This document shows, one piece after another, positions 20,850-30,375 of a stretch of DNA of 64,000 nt. The translations under genes were made by a program, and so were the position numbers. The stretch's first letter is position 1, and every line of letters begins with the position of its first letter. The stretch is from Naegleria gruberi (Eukaryota), in NCBI GenBank assembly GCA_000004985.1, contig GG738847.1, one strand, 5' to 3'. Below the pieces are notes generated by a model. It was given only the letters and a program-made list of their open reading frames with translations, searched no databases and was not told the DNA's origin.

Positions 20850-21011
20850 CCATCAACTCCGCAATTTATTACAATAATAATTTCCCCCACATTTTCCCCC
20901 ACATTTCTCCTCCGCAAAATCTTTGGCAACTCCGTATTTTGGAAGAATCCTGCAGTGCAACACAACTTTCGTTTACACTTGGAGATTCACCATCTCTCTT
21001 ACTCAAAAAAA

Positions 21012-22792
21012 ATGCAAACACGACCAACCTTCACACCAAACAAGGGAGTTGCCAACCTCCTTGTTTTATGTAGCACAATGATGCTCCTCGTCATTATGCA
21101 AAGCATGGCGCCTGTCCACTCACATATGTGTGTCTTTAATCCTAGACAGAGAGGAGGTTTGAATATTTCAGACTTTGGTGATCCGACCTGTTTTAAATTT
21201 AAAGGTCCTTGTGGTTCTTTACCAAGTGGTCCAGGTTTGTATTTTGCAAATTATCTTTAACATTTAAATATTTTCTATTTATTTTTTGGATTTGAATAGT
21301 CCAAGCAACTTTCCAAAGAGGTAAAACCTATAATATCGACCTTCAACAAAATTTGAATCACTACAGTGTTGGTCATCCTGGATGGCTTGACGTTTCAGTT
21401 GCCTCAGGTGAAAATCCTGATGACTCTCAATTCACTGTTCAAAGTGTTTTGACTGATTATTTCCCTGTCAGACAATGGACAAGAACCAATTTATCAATTC
21501 CATTATATTTGAATCCACAAGGTACAACTGGTAGACATGTTATCAGAGTTCGTTACAATCCAAACAAGCCAACTGAACCAATTTTCCATCAATGCATTGA
21601 TATCATGATTACTCCTGCATCATCTAAGAGAATTGTTATGGCTAGCCATATTGAAAAGAAGCAAGCAGTTGAATTCCATCCAGAAGGTCAAAAATTCTTT
21701 GCCAAGACTAGATCTATCAAAGCCACTCAAGAAATGGTCTTTGGTGTCGTTCAAAATCAAGATAGCTCTGCATCTTTGGTTGGTATCGATATCTTGTCTG
21801 GTCAAGTTGTTCCTGTATTGAATTGGAATGACCTATCAGTTAGTGATTCTCAATTATACTCTTCTGGTGCTCCAAGAAAAGTTTCTGGTAGAATTATTAA
21901 CTCTGTTACTGCCGTAGATAATTCCAACAAGAGACTCTTCTACTTGTTCAGTGATGATTCGTCTCCAATGCAAACTGATTTGCAAAATTCTCCAGCCAAC
22001 AAAGTCTTTGTCTATGAACATGCTAAACAATCCTATGATATTCTCAAGATTAACATTACCAATGTTCAATTCAATGCTACTGTCGTCATTCCTTCATTGG
22101 TCATTTCTGGATTGTTCTATGAATCCAATACTAATACCCTCTATGCTACTGCATTGTTTGCCCCAGATGTCAATAATAAGTATACTTATTATTTGGGTGT
22201 TTTCAGTTTGACTGCTAATGGAGCATACTTGTCACCAAAACTTGTTGCCTTGTCAGCTCCTTTGGACTCGTATGTTGATTACTTGTGGACTTCATATGAT
22301 GCCTCAACCAAGACTGTTTCAGTTTTGATTAGACATGAAGATGAACCAGTTAAATTGCCACAAAAATTATTCTCAGTTGTTTTGGGTAGTTCTGCCTCCA
22401 TTCAATCCATTGATTTGGATCCAACTCAATTCGTTTACTCTTCAATTCACAGTTATAAGGCTCAATTATTTGCCTTCTCACCAGGTAATGCTCAATCAAG
22501 TCTTCCTTCATCTGGATCAAATACTTGGAGTATGATTGGCGTTGATAGAGCTTCAGCTAATCAAGAAGAAATTAATCAAATGTATGATTATCAAAATTAT
22601 TTGGGAGGTGGAATTACTAGTGCAGTTTCTAATACTGGAAGAGGAATTTACAATATTATGCATTCTACTGATGGCAAGGATCAAATTCTTGTTCGTGTTG
22701 CTCTTAAGGCTATTCCAATTGGTCCAATCAGTGAAATTGCACACATTCCAATTCAAACTAAGGTTTACAATTGGGCAAGAATGGATATTTAA
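21012..22792 (+). CDS. Secreted protein of about 571 aa whose predicted mature N-terminus is His1 (HMCVFNPRQRGG). It is a candidate LPMO-like/histidine-brace copper protein fused to a large beta-rich C-terminal region. Exons are 21012..21234 and 21300..22792.
   Basis: ATG in AAAAAAATG context. The signal peptide LLVLCSTMMLLVIMQSMAPVHS has an AXA-type cleavage site before HM. The GTTTGT...AG intron 21235..21299 joins the frames in phase 1. The pattern H-x3-V-x2-P-x2-R matches the N-termini of AA10/AA15 LPMOs (HGYVxSPxSR). Confidence 0.5.
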
Positions 22793-22868
22793 ATTCTTTT
22801 TGAAATTTAAACTCGAGTTTACAATAATAAATATTAAAATATTAAAAAATTTATTAAATATTAAAAAA

Positions 22869-24047
22869 ATGAGTCAACAGCAACAACCTATTATTTTGAG
22901 AGGACACATTGATGAAGTGACAAGTGTTTATTTTGAAAAATCTACCTCCAACCTATCATCATCATCTTTATTCAGTGGAGATTTAAAGGGAAATTTCAAT
23001 ATTTTCAATTTGGAAACAAGGAGAGTGAAACAATCCATTCCGAACCATCACAATGGTTGCATTCTCGGATTTTATCAAGATGATCATTATTTATATTCAC
23101 AGGGAAGGGAGGGATGTATTAAACGATTGGATTTGAATCAAATTAACATTTCATCATCGTCACCATCTTCATCATCTTTGGAATGGTATTATAATTCGAT
23201 ATTTTCATTTTGTAAATTTGCTCCGTGTCGGATTGGATCGAGTTTGAGTTTCTTTGTGCCGTGTGATAAGGAACAAGTGATGCTGTTGGATTGTAGAGAG
23301 AAACAAACTCTGGATGGATATAAAAGCTCTCTAATGATTGCCCCTCCAGTGAGTCAGTACAGCTCATTGTCAGCTTTTGGAATGTTGACTGGAATGGTTT
23401 GTATTGACCATTCTCAGTATTTATTGTGTTCTTATGAAGGTGGAGTAATTGTAGAGTTTGATGTGAGGAAATTGAGTGAGCCAACTTTTGTGTTGGAGAA
23501 TTTTGAAAAACAAGAAAATTTGGAGGGAGAACAACCAAAATTTTGTAATTATAGAGATTTGATTGGTGTGAGGCATATTTATGATTTACACAATGCTCAG
23601 GATCCAATAATTGCCATTAATTATCAATCAGAATTGGATAAAATCATTATTGGAGCTAGCTCAACCCAGATTCATGTAATGGATCGTGCTAATATTCCAA
23701 CAAACTCTTCAATCGATACCAATAATAATCATTCCTTTACAGGAGAACAAACAAGTTATTCATTTGAAATGAAGAGTGGAGGAGTAAATGATATCTCATG
23801 CTACAATATGAGTGGAGTGGCTAGTACAAGTCAAATGTCCAGATTAATGTTTGCTGGTTGTTGGGATGGCAGTGTTAGGGTTTTTGACTTGAAAAGGAAA
23901 AAGAAGCTGGCAGTGTACAAGTATCATGAAAATGCAATTCGTTCTCTCGATTTTAAGGAGAACAATAAGGAAATTTTACTTGCTGCTGGATGTAAAGACT
24001 CAAAGATATCGATTTGGAATGTGAATTTTGAAACAAAAAGGAAATAA
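22869..24047 (+). CDS. GNB1L: WD40-repeat protein, a GNB1L (G-protein beta subunit-like 1) orthologue of 392 aa.
   Basis: ILRGHIDEVTSVYF...LFSGDLKGNFNIFNLETRRVK...AGCWDGSVRVFDLKRKKKLAVYKYHENAIRSLDF...LLAAGCKDSKISIWNV parallel the human GNB1L blocks (ILRGTQSPVHALHF / LLFSGSQSGLVHIWSLQTRRAV / AGWDHRIRVFHW...LAVLAFHSAAVQCVAF / LLAAGSKDQRISLWSL). The ATG is at 22869, and the track start at 22536 is a spurious upstream extension. Confidence 0.7.
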   Translation: MSQQQQPIILRGHIDEVTSVYFEKSTSNLSSSSLFSGDLKGNFNIFNLETRRVKQSIPNHHNGCILGFYQDDHYLYSQGREGCIKRLDLNQINISSSSPSSSSLEWYYNSIFSFCKFAPCRIGSSLSFFVPCDKEQVMLLDCREKQTLDGYKSSLMIAPPVSQYSSLSAFGMLTGMVCIDHSQYLLCSYEGGVIVEFDVRKLSEPTFVLENFEKQENLEGEQPKFCNYRDLIGVRHIYDLHNAQDPIIAINYQSELDKIIIGASSTQIHVMDRANIPTNSSIDTNNNHSFTGEQTSYSFEMKSGGVNDISCYNMSGVASTSQMSRLMFAGCWDGSVRVFDLKRKKKLAVYKYHENAIRSLDFKENNKEILLAAGCKDSKISIWNVNFETKRK

Positions 24048-24143
24048 ATTATTTAAATATTTTCTTTTATATTCTGTAGATGTTAAAACTTGAACCAATA
24101 ATTTGCATCGTGACATATTTTCCAAAATCACAACATTAGTTAT

Positions 24144-24479
24144 TTACTTTTTAAATGAGAGGAAACGTTTGAGCTTCTTCTTATCACCTTTGCAAACAAC
24201 CAAAACAGTCTTACCCAATCTATTAAGTCTTTTTCTATTCTTTGACCAGGCGTGGTGACGCTTGCCGGCTTGCTTTCGTTTTATCTTACCAGAACCAGTG
24301 ATTCTGAAACGTTTCTTAGCTGATGTTTTAGTCTTGAGACTTTTAACTCCAGTGACGAGCTTGTTGTGACGAACAACTCTTCTGAAACGAACATTGGTTT
24401 GGTTGAAAATTGAAGGACCGAAAGAGAGAGAACTAGCCTTGAGAGCAACAAAAGGATTGGCAGCGAGTGTATTCATCAT
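24144..24479 (-). CDS. MRPL35: Mitochondrial ribosomal protein bL35m (111 aa).
   Basis: The C-terminal KTKTSAKKRFRITGSGKIKRKQAGKRHHAWSKNRKRL is the bL35 signature. The N-terminal 40 aa are presequence-like (MMNTLAANPFVALKASSLSFG..RFRRVVRHNK). Confidence 0.65.
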   Translation of the reverse strand: MMNTLAANPFVALKASSLSFGPSIFNQTNVRFRRVVRHNKLVTGVKSLKTKTSAKKRFRITGSGKIKRKQAGKRHHAWSKNRKRLNRLGKTVLVVCKGDKKKLKRFLSFKK

Positions 24480-24960
24480 GAAAGTATCACTATAACTCTT
24501 GATGATACTTGTTGCTGAACTTCTCTTGGTGATGTTCGCTATATAATAGTATCAAAAGTATGTAATTGTAAATTTCATTATGATGAATTGTTAAATGATG
24601 AAGAATTTGTGTAAAATGATGAAGTGAATTATTGTAGCATATCCGAAAATAATTTTCCACATTTAAAATTCAATATCAATCACAGTACATGATATTACAG
24701 TTGAATTGTTGTTTTCTAATGTTCAATAAGAGTATTACATGTAAAACCTACACCTAGCGAGAATGTGCGAGAAGGAATTGAAGAAGCGTTGCATTTTTTA
24801 TTCGATGATTTTGAAAATTAATTCTTCAATTTATTATTTAATTTATTTAAATTGTGTGATGAAGGACAAGAGGAAAGTCATACAAAGCAACCCGAACCAA
24901 TTCATTAAAATAATTAATTTCTGTATCGTACTTCCTTCTCGGAAATAATTTAAACAAAAT

Positions 24961-25110
24961 GATAAGTGTTGCAGAGTATCGAAGCCGATTAGTGAGGTTC
25001 AGCTCGCAGTCAGCGACGGTATACTAAGCGTTCCTTATATCATCCATATAGAGTAACTACACCTCGGTCGTCCTCAAGGTTTAGCGTCGCAGAAATGAAC
25101 TACTTAAAAG
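24961..25110. ncRNA. Candidate small non-coding RNA locus: a GC-enriched island without an ORF, most likely transcribed on the minus strand.
   Basis: Local GC content is clearly above the flanks (cagctcgcagtcagcgacgg..., cacctcggtcgtcctcaagg..., agcgtcgcag). The complementary hexamers GCGACG (25011-16) and CGTCGC (25086-91) could close a stem. A motif TCCCACAA (minus strand, plus 25171-25178) fits the Dictyostelium upstream sequence element [AT]CCCA[CT]AA, about 60 nt upstream of 25110 on the minus strand. No match to U1/U2/U4/U5/U6/5S was seen by eye. Confidence 0.2.
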
Positions 25111-25278
25111 GTGCAGATTATGTTTTTCATTCTCAATCATCAATAGAGTGTTAAAGAGTAATGATAATAATTGTGGGAATGTTTAATAAAATATTCTAAA
25201 AAATTATGCCTCATTCACTTCTTCTGAGAAAACAATGAGTTATACAGAATTGATATTACATTGTGTATACAGTATTTA

Positions 25279-26517
25279 CTACAGTTTATATTGGTCTGTT
25301 CTTTGTTTTGAAAGTAAGTCGTTGAGTCTCTCTGCAGTTTCGTCCTTTAGAGACATTCTTCTTGTTTTACTGATGGTAGCTACAAATAGTTTGGGAGATG
25401 GTTCAATATCTACTGGTTGAGGGAGTACAAAATCTGCCACTGACTTACTCAAATCTCTCTTCTCTTTAGGGCTTGGAACAAGTCCTATTGTTGGTTGAGG
25501 AAGGTTGGCATTTGGCTTTCTTAGTGGAGGACTGACATTGGATTTTTCTAACAAATCAGCCGAAGGTTGAGGTGTATAGGAATGTCTACGAATTTTGTGA
25601 TTATTAGGCAGTCCCAAACCTCCATGTACAATAATATCTACAAGGGGGCCCATAAAACCAACCTTCTTTTGTTTTGGTGGTTTTTGGCCTAATTGATAAT
25701 TTGTAAAATCTGGAACATTAGCAACTGGAGCTTTCTTTGGAGATTTAGTTCCCATTTTGAATTCTGACAAGTTGTAAGGGTCTTCAGTTTCAGTTGGTGG
25801 TTCAATGATTGGTTTTGGAATTTCGAGAGTAATCTTAGGTTGACGATTGCTTTCTTCTGGAGTTGAAACTGTTATTGATAAATCTGGTGGGAGTAAATTA
25901 TTATTGTCAGAGGTAGGAATGACAGACATTTTTCTTCTACTAACTGCAGAAGAATGCAAATGTCTTTCATGTCTTGATTGTTCATCTGATTTTTCATCCA
26001 ATGAAAAACTTCTCTTATTCTTTTTAGAGAATTCAATTTCTGTTGGTCGGAATGAAATTGGAAGAGATCCAATATGAGGTAAGGGTAAACAAGGAGTGGA
26101 AGAAATATGAGGGCTATACCTAGAACTTGTGCCTAATGTAAACCCAGTAAATAATTGAAAGGAATGTTCTGGAAGAAGTGAGGATGATGAAGAGTCACTA
26201 TCTTGACTACTCTCTTGTGATGAATTGTCATCACCTACATGATGATGGGAAGAGACATCTTTTGCTGAACGAGATGTTCTCGACCGTGAAGTGTCCAATG
26301 AAGTTTTTTGATGTGGGGCCAATTTTCCTTCCTCCTGTTGATGAAATGTTGATGGTTTAAGTTGGAGATTGGTGTTCCTTGTCGCTGTTTCCTGTGGACT
26401 TTCAGTAGGTGTTGTTTCAATGAGAGGTATATTCTTAATACTTCCCAAACTTCCCCTACTCGTTTCAGAGTATAAAAATCCAGGAGTCCTTGAATTTACT
26501 GGTTGAACATATCCCAC
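25279..26517 (-). CDS. Hypothetical Ser/Pro-rich, largely disordered protein of 412 aa. It contains a KKVGF (RVxF-like) motif.
   Basis: Long ORF with coding-like composition. It is low-complexity S/T/P-rich throughout, with a conserved-looking C-terminal block GFMGPLVDIIVHGGLGLPNNHKIRRHSYTPQP. Confidence 0.4.
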   Translation of the reverse strand: MGYVQPVNSRTPGFLYSETSRGSLGSIKNIPLIETTPTESPQETATRNTNLQLKPSTFHQQEEGKLAPHQKTSLDTSRSRTSRSAKDVSSHHHVGDDNSSQESSQDSDSSSSSLLPEHSFQLFTGFTLGTSSRYSPHISSTPCLPLPHIGSLPISFRPTEIEFSKKNKRSFSLDEKSDEQSRHERHLHSSAVSRRKMSVIPTSDNNNLLPPDLSITVSTPEESNRQPKITLEIPKPIIEPPTETEDPYNLSEFKMGTKSPKKAPVANVPDFTNYQLGQKPPKQKKVGFMGPLVDIIVHGGLGLPNNHKIRRHSYTPQPSADLLEKSNVSPPLRKPNANLPQPTIGLVPSPKEKRDLSKSVADFVLPQPVDIEPSPKLFVATISKTRRMSLKDETAERLNDLLSKQRTDQYKL

Positions 26518-27289
26518 CTGTTGGTGATTCTGTTGAGGAATGAGAGGGAAATGAGCCCATCGTGAATTAATTTAAATAAATTATAATAATTAATAAATAG
26601 ATTTCCTGCAATAATTATTATTGTGGTTGAGGTTAGGTGGTTGTGGAGGAGATTAAATAGTACACTTTCAGGGCAGCAGTGTATTGCTTTTTATCATTAT
26701 TATGAAGAATTTTCTCTTCAGATTATGATAAGGGCTGATCAGGTTGGGCACTCTATTTGGAGCTGAAGTTCGGGGAGATTGTTTTTTAAGAAAATTATTA
26801 ACCACTGGTCTCGATGTCTCTCAATTTTGTTATTAATTGATAAGGGATTGGTGTAGACAATCGTGTTCAATTGATGATGAAAATACTTTAATCGACCTCG
26901 TAGATGATACAACAAGTGAGGATGTGAGAGGAGTCTTTTTGTTTTAGAAAGGTTACGACTGTTGATGGAAGAATAGTTTCATGAAATTACAATGATTTTA
27001 GAAAAAATCTCTGTGCATCCTCACCAAGTGGGAAAATTACGTTTAAAATTTGGAAAGAGAGATTTCTCAATGATTACGAAATTAGTTTTATTAAGGATCA
27101 TGTCCAGGGAAAGAAATGGCAGTCCAAATCAAACAATGAACACTTTCCAAAGCTTTGACTGAATATGTTGACATTGTTTTATGTATGGAATTTTTATACC
27201 TATATTTTTACATTTACAGGATCGTTTCGTTATAAAGTTGGTTAGCCATTCGTTATGTTTTTCATTTTTAACAATGTCCACTAGCTTAA

Positions 27290-30058
27290 TTAGGGTTTGC
27301 TATCGAACCTGCTCATAACAACCTCCATGATCTGTCGACACTCCTCCACTACAATACCTTCATCAATGTTATCGAACGGAATCTGTTTTTGTACCCTCTT
27401 GTGAATGGTCTTTTTTACACACTCCACAAAATCTTCGTAAAACATTTCCTTCTTGATAATGACATCAATCCTTCGTCGTCTTAGTTCATCAGGAGTCTCA
27501 TTTGGCTCTGCTGTTACAATGTCTACAAATAAATCTTCAAAAAGCCCAATCACACCAATCATTTTCAGATAAACACCATCAATGATAAGCATGTCCTTCA
27601 CCATTCTCATGAATTGTTTTACGGTAATGGATTGTAGCTTTCGATGTGAATCAACACCATGCCATTCCAACTCTTCTTCGTAAGTTATATAGCCACCTCC
27701 TTCATATCTACAGTAGTAGGAGAAGATTTTGTTAAGGTACTCTGATATGGTTGGCTCAGATATGAGCTTTGAAATACCGCTCTGAAGAATATTGTCTGTA
27801 GTGATTATTTGTGTAGGTAAGGCCAAAGAGTTCTTCGATTCTCCAAACGTTGTTTTCAGTGAACCAGCAAGGCTGGTGCTGTTTGTTGTTGATACTATGT
27901 TGGTAGTTGTCTTTAGGGAGAATACACTCTCACCACTGGCAGATCTTGCAGACACTAACTCTGTTGGAACAAATCCACTCTGTGTAAAGTTAATCTTCTC
28001 GGTGAGAAGAGCCTTGAATCTATCAGCTACACTACTTGTTCCATGATTGATATTTCTATAGAGTTCTGAACTCACTCGTACCAATGCCTCAACAAATTCT
28101 CTGAAACGAATAGTTGAAGTTGACGAGGAAGAAGAATCAGGTCTTGTTTTTCCATTCTTGATCGGTGCCGGTTTTGCTAATTTGATATTTCTAATAGAGT
28201 CGGTAGAGAGGAGCAATTGGCCATCCTCTTGTTTTGCAAGTTTGATATTTCTTTCAGCACTTGATTGAGTGGCCACAAAAATGAAAATTCTGTCAATCAC
28301 AGCAAAGTTAACATTCTCATTAAGAAGCCCAAAATCATGAGCAAACTTCCAAAATTGAACCATTGTAAGCTTGTTATCTTTGGAAAGGAAAATCTTCATT
28401 TCGCTTGCTGTCATTTCTTCTCCACCCCCAGATTCTAATATTCCCTGAATACTTATTCTAGGATTCATATTGATGGAAGCTGTTGCAGCAGCAGTTTTCT
28501 TAATACACAACGGATCAATTCCATATTTACAATAGTGTGCAAAAACATTCTTGAATTTTCTGATATTTCTTTGCACAAGCGAATTGACCTTATTTAATCC
28601 ATCAAACGTTCCGTCAACCTTCAGAAGGAGGTCATTAATATACAATTCAATCATTGGAGAGGTTAAAGTACCACCGGTTGTTGTTTTTGAGGTTGCTGGA
28701 GGAGTTGATTTCTCAGTATTTGTTGTAACAAACTCTAATGGATGAGACAGTTTATCTTCTCTCCAAACTCCTTTTTGTGCAGTACCATTCAAATAGTAAA
28801 ATATGCCATTTCCATGTTTCAAATTTTGATACCACTCTCCAGAGTAGTAAGAACCATCAGCATAATAGAATGTACCTTGACCCTCTCTTTTTCCTTCTGA
28901 AAATGATCCCTCATAATAGTTACATTTCTTTCCAGAGGCTTGTAAATAAGTATGCTTTCCAATACCATCAGGGAGGTCATTAATCCACTGTCCTTCATAT
29001 ACTTCTAAAGGGTCAACCACCCAGTGCATTGTTCCTTGACCTTCTCTCTTGTTGTTTTTCCATTCTCCTTCGTAGTAGTTTCCACTCTTGTAGTGCATAA
29101 GACCAGTGCCATTTCTTTTGTTTTCTGAAAATGTTCCTTCAAATGTTTCATGAGCAGAGTATGTCATAAATCCCTTTCCATGTCTTTTGCCTTCCTTCCA
29201 TTCTCCTTCATATTTAGATTTGTGATCACCTGAAATAAAGACTCCAAATCCATCTCTTAAACCATTTTTAACCTCTCCTTCATAGTAGCTACCATCTTCC
29301 CATGTGATCTTACACTTTCCTTCGAATTGATTATTTTCCACATTTCCCTTATAGGTTGGTCCTTTTGTTTCTGAATATAAAAATTCAAAATATCCATCAC
29401 TATCGTTCATAAATCCTCTTTCAAAGTTTCCTTCATACAAAATTTCATAATTCATTGGATTTGCCTTTGGTTGGGTATGTCTTGGTGTTTCAATTTCAAT
29501 TTGGAATTCATCACCCAATAGAGGAGTTTCTTCGATTATCTTAGTTTCAAGCTTCTTAACGCTTGTTAAACACCCAACACTAGCACTAAGACTTCTCTCC
29601 ATTTTGGGTCTTCCGTTTACTTTTTGTTTAATATCGAGACGAGGCTTGATGCTCAGTGAAATGTGACCCGACCCTTGATAAAAATTGTTAGAGTCTCTAT
29701 CTCCTTGATAATCATAAATGGAGTCTAATAATTTAATATCTACTTTATCTAAATTGAACATTTGATTACTTGATGGACTTGCTGTTGAGCAAGATGATGA
29801 TGGTCTCGAATGTACAGTAATTGTTGTTGTACGTGTCATTGTACCAGTGTTTGGTCTTTTGATTCCTAGTTTTTTGATAATTTTTGCTCTATTTGAAATT
29901 GGATCTTCATTAACATGCTCCAGTATTGGGGAGTGAGCAATACTCCTATCTAATATTGGAGTTGTTGATTCCAAGGTACGTTTTCCATGATCCAATCGCG
30001 AATTTCTGTCCAACACTGCCACCAAGTCGATGGATGGTGAATTATTTCTTGAACTCAT
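27290..30058 (-). CDS. MORN-repeat protein of about 922 aa, with a central array of at least 8 MORN motifs and a large C-terminal domain.
   Basis: Repeated YxGxWxxGxxxGxG units are present (YEGEWKEGKRHGKGFMTYSAHETFEGTFSENKRNGTGLMHYKSGNYYEGEWKNNKREGQGTMHW...YYEGSFSEGKREGQGTFYYADGSYYSGEW). The ATG at about 30058 is in AAAAAAAATG context, and the track start at 30118 is an upstream extension. Confidence 0.65.
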   Translation of the reverse strand: MSSRNNSPSIDLVAVLDRNSRLDHGKRTLESTTPILDRSIAHSPILEHVNEDPISNRAKIIKKLGIKRPNTGTMTRTTTITVHSRPSSSCSTASPSSNQMFNLDKVDIKLLDSIYDYQGDRDSNNFYQGSGHISLSIKPRLDIKQKVNGRPKMERSLSASVGCLTSVKKLETKIIEETPLLGDEFQIEIETPRHTQPKANPMNYEILYEGNFERGFMNDSDGYFEFLYSETKGPTYKGNVENNQFEGKCKITWEDGSYYEGEVKNGLRDGFGVFISGDHKSKYEGEWKEGKRHGKGFMTYSAHETFEGTFSENKRNGTGLMHYKSGNYYEGEWKNNKREGQGTMHWVVDPLEVYEGQWINDLPDGIGKHTYLQASGKKCNYYEGSFSEGKREGQGTFYYADGSYYSGEWYQNLKHGNGIFYYLNGTAQKGVWREDKLSHPLEFVTTNTEKSTPPATSKTTTGGTLTSPMIELYINDLLLKVDGTFDGLNKVNSLVQRNIRKFKNVFAHYCKYGIDPLCIKKTAAATASINMNPRISIQGILESGGGEEMTASEMKIFLSKDNKLTMVQFWKFAHDFGLLNENVNFAVIDRIFIFVATQSSAERNIKLAKQEDGQLLLSTDSIRNIKLAKPAPIKNGKTRPDSSSSSTSTIRFREFVEALVRVSSELYRNINHGTSSVADRFKALLTEKINFTQSGFVPTELVSARSASGESVFSLKTTTNIVSTTNSTSLAGSLKTTFGESKNSLALPTQIITTDNILQSGISKLISEPTISEYLNKIFSYYCRYEGGGYITYEEELEWHGVDSHRKLQSITVKQFMRMVKDMLIIDGVYLKMIGVIGLFEDLFVDIVTAEPNETPDELRRRRIDVIIKKEMFYEDFVECVKKTIHKRVQKQIPFDNIDEGIVVEECRQIMEVVMSRFDSKP

Positions 30059-30375
30059 TTTTTTTAAAATTAAAAATCGTAGTTTATTGAGCGCCAAATA
30101 GTTTTCTGAGCATTTCAATATTAATTTTCATTACTTTTTTTGAAAATTGATAATTATTCTAACTTTTAAATATCTCATTAATTGATTTTTAATAATTTCT
30201 CATTAATTATGCAGCACAACAAGATTGAACTTCCAATAACCAGAAGAAAATTTTCCCGCTAACAAATATAAAAACCGTTTTAAAATAAAATTTCTTTTAA
30301 AAATCAAATAGAAAAAAAAACATTGCACACCTTCACCAACAATACTGAGTGCAAATCTAGGCTAATTTGAAAAAT

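Noticed and set aside
25520-25545. The KKVGF motif in the S/P-rich protein could be a PP1-docking RVxF site.
   Set aside because: The short linear motif occurs frequently by chance in low-complexity basic sequence. There is no supporting SILK/phi-phi motifs or domain context.
27283-27310. A TTAGGG unit (ttaattagggtttgc) and a GGTTCGA (tRNA B-box-like, minus strand) lie at the MORN gene 3' end.
   Set aside because: There is a single telomere-like hexamer only. The B-box-like heptamer lacks a matching A-box, acceptor stem or T-stem. It lies within or adjacent to the CDS stop codon.
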